From IMG/VR virus record IMGVR_UViG_3300050015_000702: a DNA stretch of 64,000 nucleotides; one strand, written 5' to 3'. This DNA is from a virus. Below, piece by piece: positions 48,157 through 56,801 of this stretch. Made by a program: the position numbers and the translations under genes. Under the pieces are notes generated by a model that had not been told where the DNA came from, did no database searches, and saw only the letters and a list, made by a program, of their open reading frames with translations. The first letter of the stretch is position 1, and the number at the start of each line of letters is the position of its first letter.

Positions 48157-48409
48157 AATACCAGGATTTTGCAAAGGATGTGGAAAATGTTGCATGCTAG
48201 TATTGAAAAGGGAAACCCCCATTTATGAATTTCATACAGGGGATTCGAATTTGGAAATTTTAAATATCATTTATGGAAAATGCGAATATTTGGACGATAA
48301 AAATGAATGCATGATAAATGATAAAAAACCACAATGCTGCAAAGACTTAACAAGGGAAAGTATGCAATGTTTGGATTTTTTAAGAATGTACGAAGAAAAT
48401 AAATTATAA
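48137..48409 (+). CDS. YkgJ-family CxxCxxCC cysteine-cluster protein
   Basis: CKGCGKCC ... CEYLDDKNECMINDKKPQCC. Confidence 0.8.
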   Translation: MQDIKFKIPGFCKGCGKCCMLVLKRETPIYEFHTGDSNLEILNIIYGKCEYLDDKNECMINDKKPQCCKDLTRESMQCLDFLRMYEENKL

Positions 48410-48425
48410 AATAAAAAATATCAAT

Positions 48426-50156
48426 ATGAATTTTGACATATTTTATGGGGATACCTTTATTCCCGAAATGCCTAAAATGCTAAATAAGAACTTTTCAGTA
48501 GTTCAAAAAGGCATGGATGTTTTCTATGATGCAAGTACAGGGGTTCTTTTAAAACCTCTTACAACCACTGGAAAAGTTCAGGGAGCAAATGGGCAATTTG
48601 TAACAATGGTAGTTGATAATCTTGTAGTTAAAAACCAGTTTACAAATCTCTATGACAATAATACTTCGGCAGATTATAATTTCTATAAGACCTTTATCTC
48701 TGCTAATTTTATTCCAAGAGATCCTTGTACAGCAGCAACTAACTGGCCTTATGAAGCATCTACTTATAAATTCATTGATGTAAATCAGCCATATTATAAA
48801 ATTGATAATCAAAATACAATTGTTTTAAACAATAATAACCTTTCTCAAGTGGTAGGAATTATATTTCCTCATCTTGATGCTAGTTATGGAACTGCTCCAT
48901 TTAGAATTGTACAAAATCCCAGCACAAATTCGGGCATCCCAAGTTTCTTTCAAATAGACTCTTCCATAGCACCAGATGCTTCGACTTATTTTTATATGGA
49001 ATTTATTATGACTGCTTTTGATCCATCATGGGGTCCAACTTGGTCACAATATAAATATGGCGCATCTGCTACTGGTGGAAGCGGTGGCGGTGGTGGCGGT
49101 GGTGGAACCGGATTCGTTGGGCCAGGAACTCCCCCTCATCTTGCGATGTTTGTTAGCGGAAATCAAGTTCAGGATTCCTCTGTTTATATGGTAGGAAGTA
49201 CTCTTACAACTTTTGATCTAAACGCTGATGGTTCAATTAGTCAAAACGGTCATGAAGTAACTAGATTCCTTCCAAACGTAGATCCTGGTTTAACTATGGG
49301 TTCTACTATTGGAGGTTTACCAGCGGGAACTCCTGCTTCGTCTTTACTTGGAAAAACCTATGAAGATATTTTAAATGCTATGCTATTTCCATTAGTAGCT
49401 CCTTATATTCCTACAATGAATTCATTATCTTTTACCGGATTCGCTCCTCAAACTGTAGAAGTAGGATCTGTTGTACCTAGTCCAGCAAATGTTTTAGCTA
49501 GTTTTAATCCGGGATTAATTAAGAATGGAAATAATTCCAATGGGCCAAATTTAGTTGGGGACCCAATTTTATATACATTTAGACGACCTGGAGGAATAAT
49601 CGATGGAACTGTTCCGGGGCCAACATATTCAGCAAACTGGACTTATACAACAATAAATGCTAGTTTAGGTGCAAATGTTTGGAATTCTTCCGTGACCTAT
49701 AATGCTGGTAGTGGTACCTATTATGATAATAAAGGAAACCCATCTACAAACTTAGATGCTTCAAGAATTGCAGGAACATCATTTGCAAATTCTGCTACTA
49801 TTACTGGGCTTTATTATGCTTGGAGATATTTAGGAAATCAATCAACTTCTCCTTCAACTTCGTCTGGTGTTAGAGCTTTACTTATTAAGAGTTTCTTAAG
49901 TGTTGCAAATACAGGAGCTTTTTCTATAAGCATTCCTGCATTTACTCAAGAAGTTTCATTCTATGTTCCTGCTGGAAAAATTATTAAAGTAAATTTTGTT
50001 GAATCCGCAAATGCTGATGTTACCAGATCATTCATAATGACCCCAATGACAGTTAACGATGCAGCAGGAAGCCCAGTTAATTATGAAAAATGGACAAGCT
50101 TTATTGGACTTGGGGGCTATCCTTCAATTGCCACTTATAATATTTCTATTACTTAA
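48426..50156 (+). CDS. tail-associated structural protein
   Basis: 576 aa, S/T/G/N-rich beta protein with a poly-Gly linker, in the tail cluster. Confidence 0.55.
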   Translation: MNFDIFYGDTFIPEMPKMLNKNFSVVQKGMDVFYDASTGVLLKPLTTTGKVQGANGQFVTMVVDNLVVKNQFTNLYDNNTSADYNFYKTFISANFIPRDPCTAATNWPYEASTYKFIDVNQPYYKIDNQNTIVLNNNNLSQVVGIIFPHLDASYGTAPFRIVQNPSTNSGIPSFFQIDSSIAPDASTYFYMEFIMTAFDPSWGPTWSQYKYGASATGGSGGGGGGGGTGFVGPGTPPHLAMFVSGNQVQDSSVYMVGSTLTTFDLNADGSISQNGHEVTRFLPNVDPGLTMGSTIGGLPAGTPASSLLGKTYEDILNAMLFPLVAPYIPTMNSLSFTGFAPQTVEVGSVVPSPANVLASFNPGLIKNGNNSNGPNLVGDPILYTFRRPGGIIDGTVPGPTYSANWTYTTINASLGANVWNSSVTYNAGSGTYYDNKGNPSTNLDASRIAGTSFANSATITGLYYAWRYLGNQSTSPSTSSGVRALLIKSFLSVANTGAFSISIPAFTQEVSFYVPAGKIIKVNFVESANADVTRSFIMTPMTVNDAAGSPVNYEKWTSFIGLGGYPSIATYNISIT

Positions 50157-50175
50157 AAAATAAAATTATAAAAAT

Positions 50176-52650
50176 ATGCCAGGTTATTTCAATTTACCAT
50201 TCAGCGTAAGAATATCTAACAGCGATCCTATTGATGGAGATCGATATATTTCATCTGATGCATCTGCTAGAGATGCTTTAATTACTATTGGAAGGGCTCA
50301 CGTAGGACTTCAGTCATATGTTTTAAATGAATCCAAGCTTTACATACTTGACTCTTTAACTCCTCCCGTTTGGAAATTCTTACCAGATTCCTCTGATTTG
50401 AATCAAAGGGATGTTTCCATTGCTTGGTTACTTAATAACAAAGTAAACCGTGCTGGAGATACCATGACAGGAAATCTTACAATTAATGATGGGGGATTAG
50501 TAGTTACTGGGGATGTTTCTATCATAGGTGGGGATGCCGATTTTGCTCAGCATGTTCACGTTCATGGAAACTTAGAAGTAGATGGATCCATTATTTACAC
50601 AAATATAGATGCGATTGAAGTTTCAACAGCATTTATTTTACTTAATACAGGTTTAGTTGGTCCTCCTTCGGGAACTCTACAATCAGGCATAGTTGTAGAA
50701 AGAGGGTCATCAGATCCCTATGTATTTGTATATGATGAGGATGAACAGAATTTTAGAATAGGAATATCTCATTTAGATACTTCTTTCCATTATTCGGATA
50801 CATCTACCCAAGCTGTATCAACAAGGGAGGATTCCCCATTTTCATGGGCAATTCCTTTTTGGAATCCCAATGCTTTTAGATTCGATACTTCAGCAGGATT
50901 AGCATTTACAAACGGGGGAGGATTACTTTTGCCGATGGCTAACAATCAGCCACTAGAATTTAAAGCTCTTATGTGGAATGGAACTACTGTAGGTTCAAGA
51001 GATTTAAGTACTATGGCATTTGAAACATCAACAAATTATTATAGCAAACCTGAAGTGGATGCTATTATAGTTCCAATTAATGCTTCGATAGTTTTGTTAA
51101 GAGCAGAGGATTCTTCATTGGATGCTTCAATCGGATTTCTTTATAATTGGGATCTTTCTCAAGATGCTTCAATAGTAGCTCTTAGAGCCAAAGATGGTTC
51201 TCTGGATGCATCTTTGGGGTATTTAAATTCTCAAATACTTCAATTAAATGCTTCTACAGTTATTATAAATGCTTCCATAAATAAATTAAATTCTCAAGTA
51301 CTTCAATTAAATTCTTCAATAGTAAGAATTGATGCTTCCCTTAATGATACTGTTGACGGATATTCCATATTTTTTCCAAATGCTTCAATTGGGGCAGGAT
51401 TAGTTTGGGGTCCAACTCATTATTTAGATGTTTCAATTGTTTTAACAAATGTTTCTGGAAGTACAAACTTTATTCCCAAATTTAATGTATCTGGAAACAA
51501 TATCATAAATTCCAGTTTATATGCTGTTGGGAGTACTCTTTCGAATATTGGAGGAACTTTTACTCTTTCATCATCTGGGGATATTGTTTTGAAATCTACA
51601 AGAATGGATTCCGCCGGCAATGTTATCCTTTTACCATCTAATGCTGGTAACCCAAGCTTTGATGGTCAGATTTATATGGGGGATGATACATTTAGCTCTT
51701 ATGCCATTGATTTACAAGCTCGTTCATCTAATCCTAATATCGAATTAAGAATTTGGCAGAAAGGGGTTTCTCAATTAACTCTTGGAAATGCAGCAGGCCC
51801 AGTTTTATTAGACTCCCCAAATGTTTACCTAGCCAATACTTTAGCAGTAAATTATGGAAAAATCTATATGTATGGACTGGATTCTTCAGCTAGAACTAAG
51901 ATTTTAACTTTTAATCCTGATACCAGTACCGTTGGATTTGGAACTCCGGGAATTACTGTAAATGGATCAATAGGGGCTTTTACCATATTTGATGGAACAG
52001 GAAACAACATCCAGAATTCATTCTTTAAACAAAGTTCAAATCAATTCACAGTTGCCGATAATGTAAGTAATTTAGTAATAACTTCAGGAGCTAGCCAGGG
52101 AAATTTAATCTTAAAAACTACTAATAACGGATATTCCGACTTTATTCTTGATCCCCGAAATGGATATATCATGATAGGACAAAGTCAAACAACCGCTGAT
52201 ATTCGACTTACCGCTGGAGGGACTTTATCTGATGTAAATTTCAATATTCAGCCTGCGGGTGCCGGAAGAACTAAACTCTATGGTGGATTAGATTTTCCTT
52301 CAATTGCAGAAGTTTCTGCAAACAAAATTTTATATTACGATTCTTCTACTTATCATGTTACCTTTGGAAATGCTCCATTGGCGGTAACTACTCTTTCCGC
52401 TTTAACCGATGTTTCGATCTCAGGTTTAGCAGATCAAAATTTATTACAATATGATGTTGCTTCTGGAAAATGGAAAAATATTGCACCTCTTGATGCATCA
52501 GCTTATTTCCAGAAAAAAGTAGTTTATAATTCTATTCCTGGAAGTGTTACTACAGGATCGGCCGGAGACGTGGTTTATGATTCTTCATACTTATACGTAT
52601 GTACGAGTACAAATAAATGGGGAAGAGTATTACTAGATTACGCATTTTAA
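50176..52650 (+). CDS. tail fibre-like protein
   Basis: KVNRAGDTMTGNL fibre motif, coiled-coil segment with LDAS/INAS heptads, LSALTDV...LLQYD...KWKN repeat motif. Confidence 0.7.
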   Translation: MPGYFNLPFSVRISNSDPIDGDRYISSDASARDALITIGRAHVGLQSYVLNESKLYILDSLTPPVWKFLPDSSDLNQRDVSIAWLLNNKVNRAGDTMTGNLTINDGGLVVTGDVSIIGGDADFAQHVHVHGNLEVDGSIIYTNIDAIEVSTAFILLNTGLVGPPSGTLQSGIVVERGSSDPYVFVYDEDEQNFRIGISHLDTSFHYSDTSTQAVSTREDSPFSWAIPFWNPNAFRFDTSAGLAFTNGGGLLLPMANNQPLEFKALMWNGTTVGSRDLSTMAFETSTNYYSKPEVDAIIVPINASIVLLRAEDSSLDASIGFLYNWDLSQDASIVALRAKDGSLDASLGYLNSQILQLNASTVIINASINKLNSQVLQLNSSIVRIDASLNDTVDGYSIFFPNASIGAGLVWGPTHYLDVSIVLTNVSGSTNFIPKFNVSGNNIINSSLYAVGSTLSNIGGTFTLSSSGDIVLKSTRMDSAGNVILLPSNAGNPSFDGQIYMGDDTFSSYAIDLQARSSNPNIELRIWQKGVSQLTLGNAAGPVLLDSPNVYLANTLAVNYGKIYMYGLDSSARTKILTFNPDTSTVGFGTPGITVNGSIGAFTIFDGTGNNIQNSFFKQSSNQFTVADNVSNLVITSGASQGNLILKTTNNGYSDFILDPRNGYIMIGQSQTTADIRLTAGGTLSDVNFNIQPAGAGRTKLYGGLDFPSIAEVSANKILYYDSSTYHVTFGNAPLAVTTLSALTDVSISGLADQNLLQYDVASGKWKNIAPLDASAYFQKKVVYNSIPGSVTTGSAGDVVYDSSYLYVCTSTNKWGRVLLDYAF

Positions 52651-52667
52651 AAAATAAAATATAAGAT

Positions 52668-54212
52668 ATGCCTTCAAAGATACTATCTTGGAATAATATA
52701 CCAATTACCTATAATCATTTTCCAGTTCAATTTTCTATTCCTCGTATTGACGATATTTTAAGTAAATTTGATACGTGGTATAGTTCTTCTGCTCCGGTAG
52801 GAAACTTATCTATACATTTGCAAGGATTAAATAATTCATGGCCAACCAGCGGATATTATAATCCAAATATTCAAAATCTTTATGTTACATTTGGATTAGC
52901 AGGACAAGATGTATCCATAATTATTAATCTTCAACCTGTTAAATTTAATATTATTATTGATACTTCAATGTGGGTTAATTTAGGGGATTCCTCTATTGCT
53001 TATACAGGAGCATTTACTCCAGCTGATTTAACTTGGGGATTCTGGCCGGGAACAGCAAGATCTACTCCGGTTTATAATGGCAAATCTTATTGGTCCTGGG
53101 ACGGCGGAATTTATGCAAGTCCAACTGGAACTATGATCATTGATCTATCAACCCACAATGCTGAATTTTTAGCTAATGGATACAAAGTTATCAATGGGGA
53201 TTACTATGATGCAAATATCAACTGTATGTCAATGAATATTTCCGATCATGGATTCTTCTCTTCAATCTGCAGTATTGGAAGTTTAAGATCTTTCTGGAAA
53301 TATGATATTAGCACTAATACTGGACAAAATTTCAACAAATCCTATCCTTATATAGGTTACCCAATTGGAGATGACTATGCTCCTTATCCTGATGGGGTAA
53401 CTTTGGAACAAGGATGGTATCATGAAGGTGGAAATACTATGTATGTTTTATCATTCTTTAATGATTATCCTTCAGAAACAGCTTTACTTCAATACCATTA
53501 TGATTCAAGTACAATGTATCGATTCGATGAACTTGGATTCAGAAATGCTAGTACTGGTGTTCCAGTTCAGATAAATGGTATCCCATTACCAGCAGGAACT
53601 CCAGAAACCATCTTAAATGAAACACACGGAGGAAGACTATTTTTAACTTTTAACTCGAGTATCTGGATGTATAACATATCTTCAAGTACTGGATATTTTA
53701 TGAGTGAAACAGGTTTATTCGATGGTACTTCAACTATTAATTATGATTCTAGTTCTTTAATTCCTAATTTTTTATCTTCGAATTTATTAAGAAGTCATGA
53801 CCAATATCTTATTTTCGGAAGCGCAATTGGTAATGAAATTTGGAAATATGACGTTTCAAACAATAAATTTATTGAGAAAATAACAATAGGAGAAATTGTA
53901 AATGAAGCCAGCATAGCTCATAATTTTTCTGGGGATCCAATTGTAGGGGTTTTAAATGATTTCGAATATGACGTAATAAATCACAAATTATTCCTTACTA
54001 CGGATTCTTCTTGGAGAAGCTTCTATATGTTTAATCTTGATGAATGGACAATAACCCAAATCGATGCGTCTCATATAAGTAATGGAAATAGTGTAGACTT
54101 AATTGCAAATACAGCTCCAATGAGTTTGGATACTATAAATAAGAAAATGGTATTTAGTGCAGGGGGAAATACGGATCTATCAGATAAGAGCTTATATGAA
54201 ATTGCTTATTAA
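52668..54212 (+). CDS. beta-rich (propeller-like) tail-associated protein
   Basis: Repeated WKYDIS/WMYNIS/WKYDVS blade-like motifs. Confidence 0.5.
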   Translation: MPSKILSWNNIPITYNHFPVQFSIPRIDDILSKFDTWYSSSAPVGNLSIHLQGLNNSWPTSGYYNPNIQNLYVTFGLAGQDVSIIINLQPVKFNIIIDTSMWVNLGDSSIAYTGAFTPADLTWGFWPGTARSTPVYNGKSYWSWDGGIYASPTGTMIIDLSTHNAEFLANGYKVINGDYYDANINCMSMNISDHGFFSSICSIGSLRSFWKYDISTNTGQNFNKSYPYIGYPIGDDYAPYPDGVTLEQGWYHEGGNTMYVLSFFNDYPSETALLQYHYDSSTMYRFDELGFRNASTGVPVQINGIPLPAGTPETILNETHGGRLFLTFNSSIWMYNISSSTGYFMSETGLFDGTSTINYDSSSLIPNFLSSNLLRSHDQYLIFGSAIGNEIWKYDVSNNKFIEKITIGEIVNEASIAHNFSGDPIVGVLNDFEYDVINHKLFLTTDSSWRSFYMFNLDEWTITQIDASHISNGNSVDLIANTAPMSLDTINKKMVFSAGGNTDLSDKSLYEIAY

Positions 54213-54234
54213 AATCAACACTCTAATTAATTTG

Positions 54235-54251
54235 GAATATATAAAATAAAA
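54235..54251 (+). promoter_or_regulatory. late-promoter-like motif GAATATATAAAATAAAA
   Basis: Identical to 5281-5297. Confidence 0.6.
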
Positions 54252-54261
54252 CTATAAAAAT

Positions 54262-56160
54262 ATGTCAAGAGTAACACCCTTTGTCAAAAGAATGCGAACC
54301 AATGGGGGAACTATTTATACTTTTAACTCTGCTGTTGAAGACATTGGTCTTAACATTAATGAGAGAAATAACGTTGTAAAAATTTCCAATTTTGCGCTCT
54401 TAAATATTCCTCGAATTGACTATCCGGAAATCCAGGATCAAAATGGAATTCTCGAGAATAGATTCAATCTTAAAGCTATTCCAGGGTCTCTTGAATATTG
54501 GAACTACCCAGGTATAAAAGATGGCCGAGTTCTTATTGCAGAAAGTTTTCAGAACTATGCTTTAAACTTAGAAGCTAATCTTCTGGATTCATCAACTTAT
54601 GATCAGTCACTTCAGAAAACCGTTGCTGAAAGGGTATTTTGGAAATGGTTAAAAGAAACTGGAGCTATTCGTTGGTCCCCAGATGGTTCAGGTAACTGGA
54701 TCGAAGAAACCGAAACTCAAGTAGATAGTTCTGTAGGGTATCAATCAGTTGTAAAATATGTTGGTCAAGTTACTGCAGGTAACGTTAGATCAGATTCCTT
54801 TGGAACTTACAATGAAACTTATATCCTAGTTCCTACGTCTCATGGCGAAGTCGAGGCACACTTTGAACAAGTTGAGGATACAAACTATGCTCATGGAATG
54901 GAAATCGGTAACTTAACCGAAAATATTCTTGGAAGAGAGGGATATACGAAGCCTCATCCCGATGGACTTTCTTATTTAGGATATTATGACTTTATAGAAG
55001 ATCCTTCCACAATTGTTCAAAACAATTATGCTTCTCCCTATCCTGTTTATAATCTTACATATAAGTATAATATTAATGACCCATCATCAGCATGGTATCC
55101 AGGATCATGGTTCACAGCCGAAGGAACAACTCCTATGTCAGCTAAAAACGCTTACTTGATCGATACTTCTGCTTACATTACAAATGGAAAATATAAAACA
55201 CAGTTAAGATATTCTGAAGCTCCTTCAGGATTAGATCCAATTGAATTTCAACGTTCAAACGTGGATTGTATACAGCTTATCTGGGATTTAAACAAACTAA
55301 AAATCATCTATAATGATCCAACTTTAACCTTTGATAAATTAGCTCAGCAAGGTCCAAGCGGATATAGCATTAATGATGCTTTTGAATTTAATGCAGCTTT
55401 AATTTATTACACAATTTATAACTCAGTTCAGGATACAGTTTTAGCTGTTAACCTATTAGGAATTTTATTTTTAGATGCTCCTTCAGGAAATAGCGCAAAT
55501 ATTGGTCTTGGTGCAGGAATAATTATTCCATCTCTTGAGAAGATTCAGAGTAATGCGGCCGGATTTGGAACTTCATATTCATTACGTTTAAACATCAGGA
55601 CCGATAATATGACCGATGATACTCAAGCGATTATTTATGATGAGTCAACTTCGAGCCAACTATATGCAGAAGATTGGAATGAAGCTTTCTTCCAGCTAGG
55701 ACAAGCAGTAAATATCCTTACACAAAATAACAGTACAATTAATTATATTTCAAATCAATACAATGAACTAGCAAATGCTCAGACTCAAATGGGTAATAGC
55801 TTAACAGCTTTGCAGCAACAAGTAAATACCATTAGTAGAGATATAATCGGAACTACAGGTGCAATAGCCATGTATACTGACGGAGCGGATCCAATTGGGG
55901 ATTCCTCAATATTCCAGATAAATGGAAATATTGGGATGTTTACAACGAATCCAACCTGGCCAGTTCAAATTGATGCAAGTCTTAAAACCAAAGACATCTA
56001 TGTTGAAAATTCAGTTAGAGATGTTTCCGGAAATATTTTAATTGGACAAGGATCGCCATTCCAAATGGGTGGTTGGGTTTTTGAACCATCCGGAAACAAT
56101 CTGATGCTTAAATTTGGAACAACTACATTTACATTCACTACTGATGGCAGCATAATTTAA
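54262..56160 (+). CDS. putative virion structural protein
   Basis: 632 aa behind a late-type promoter; C-terminal coiled coil and fibre-like GNIG...P motif. Confidence 0.5.
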   Translation: MSRVTPFVKRMRTNGGTIYTFNSAVEDIGLNINERNNVVKISNFALLNIPRIDYPEIQDQNGILENRFNLKAIPGSLEYWNYPGIKDGRVLIAESFQNYALNLEANLLDSSTYDQSLQKTVAERVFWKWLKETGAIRWSPDGSGNWIEETETQVDSSVGYQSVVKYVGQVTAGNVRSDSFGTYNETYILVPTSHGEVEAHFEQVEDTNYAHGMEIGNLTENILGREGYTKPHPDGLSYLGYYDFIEDPSTIVQNNYASPYPVYNLTYKYNINDPSSAWYPGSWFTAEGTTPMSAKNAYLIDTSAYITNGKYKTQLRYSEAPSGLDPIEFQRSNVDCIQLIWDLNKLKIIYNDPTLTFDKLAQQGPSGYSINDAFEFNAALIYYTIYNSVQDTVLAVNLLGILFLDAPSGNSANIGLGAGIIIPSLEKIQSNAAGFGTSYSLRLNIRTDNMTDDTQAIIYDESTSSQLYAEDWNEAFFQLGQAVNILTQNNSTINYISNQYNELANAQTQMGNSLTALQQQVNTISRDIIGTTGAIAMYTDGADPIGDSSIFQINGNIGMFTTNPTWPVQIDASLKTKDIYVENSVRDVSGNILIGQGSPFQMGGWVFEPSGNNLMLKFGTTTFTFTTDGSII

Positions 56161-56165
56161 ATAAT

Positions 56166-56801
56166 ATGAATTTCTACGTTTATTTAATTCAAAATAACAT
56201 TACCAAGAAAAAATATATTGGTAGTAGAATGGCATATAAAGGGGAAGATCCTTTAAATGATAAGTATATGGGGTCTTCTAAACATTTAAATGAAGACTAC
56301 AAAGTATATGGTATTGAAAATTTCTCAAAAGAAATCTTACAGTCAAACTATACAGATAAAATTGAGATGATAAAAGGCGAATCCTTTTATATGAGACAAT
56401 ATAATACTTTTGAACCAAATGGATATAATAGATACGATCCAGCCGACAGAATAGGATTTCATGTGGGTGGATGTAAAAAAAGCGAACAATCAAAGGAAAA
56501 ACAAAGCAAATCCTCCGCAGGAAATTCTCCATGGAACAAAGGAAAAAAAGGTTTGCAACATCATTCCGAAAAAACTAAAGAACAAATATCTACTAATACT
56601 AAAGGAGAAAATAATCACAATTTTGGAAAAACTTTTGCACCAGAGAAAAATCCGATGTTTGGAAAAACTGGTGAAAATCATCCTTGTTTTGGAACAAAAA
56701 GAAAACGAGTAATCTGTGAATATTGTAAAAAAGAAATTCCAACAAATATATATTCTTTATGTCACGGAGACAAATGTAAATCTAAAAAAATCGCAATATA
56801 A
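56166..56801 (+). CDS. GIY-YIG homing endonuclease
   Basis: FYVYLIQNNITKKKYIGSR, YMGSS, PNGYN, HHSEKTKEQI, C-terminal CEYC...HGDKC. Confidence 0.9.
   Translation: MNFYVYLIQNNITKKKYIGSRMAYKGEDPLNDKYMGSSKHLNEDYKVYGIENFSKEILQSNYTDKIEMIKGESFYMRQYNTFEPNGYNRYDPADRIGFHVGGCKKSEQSKEKQSKSSAGNSPWNKGKKGLQHHSEKTKEQISTNTKGENNHNFGKTFAPEKNPMFGKTGENHPCFGTKRKRVICEYCKKEIPTNIYSLCHGDKCKSKKIAI

Noticed and set aside
23730-54212. Diversity-generating retroelement acting on LRR or tail proteins
   Set aside because: No reverse transcriptase and no template/variable repeat pair with adenine-specific mismatches seen in this window
1977-56801. Group I introns or inteins housing the endonucleases
   Set aside because: The endonuclease ORFs abut complete neighbouring genes with little or no flanking non-coding sequence for an intron core; no intein C-terminal HN-C/S/T motifs noticed
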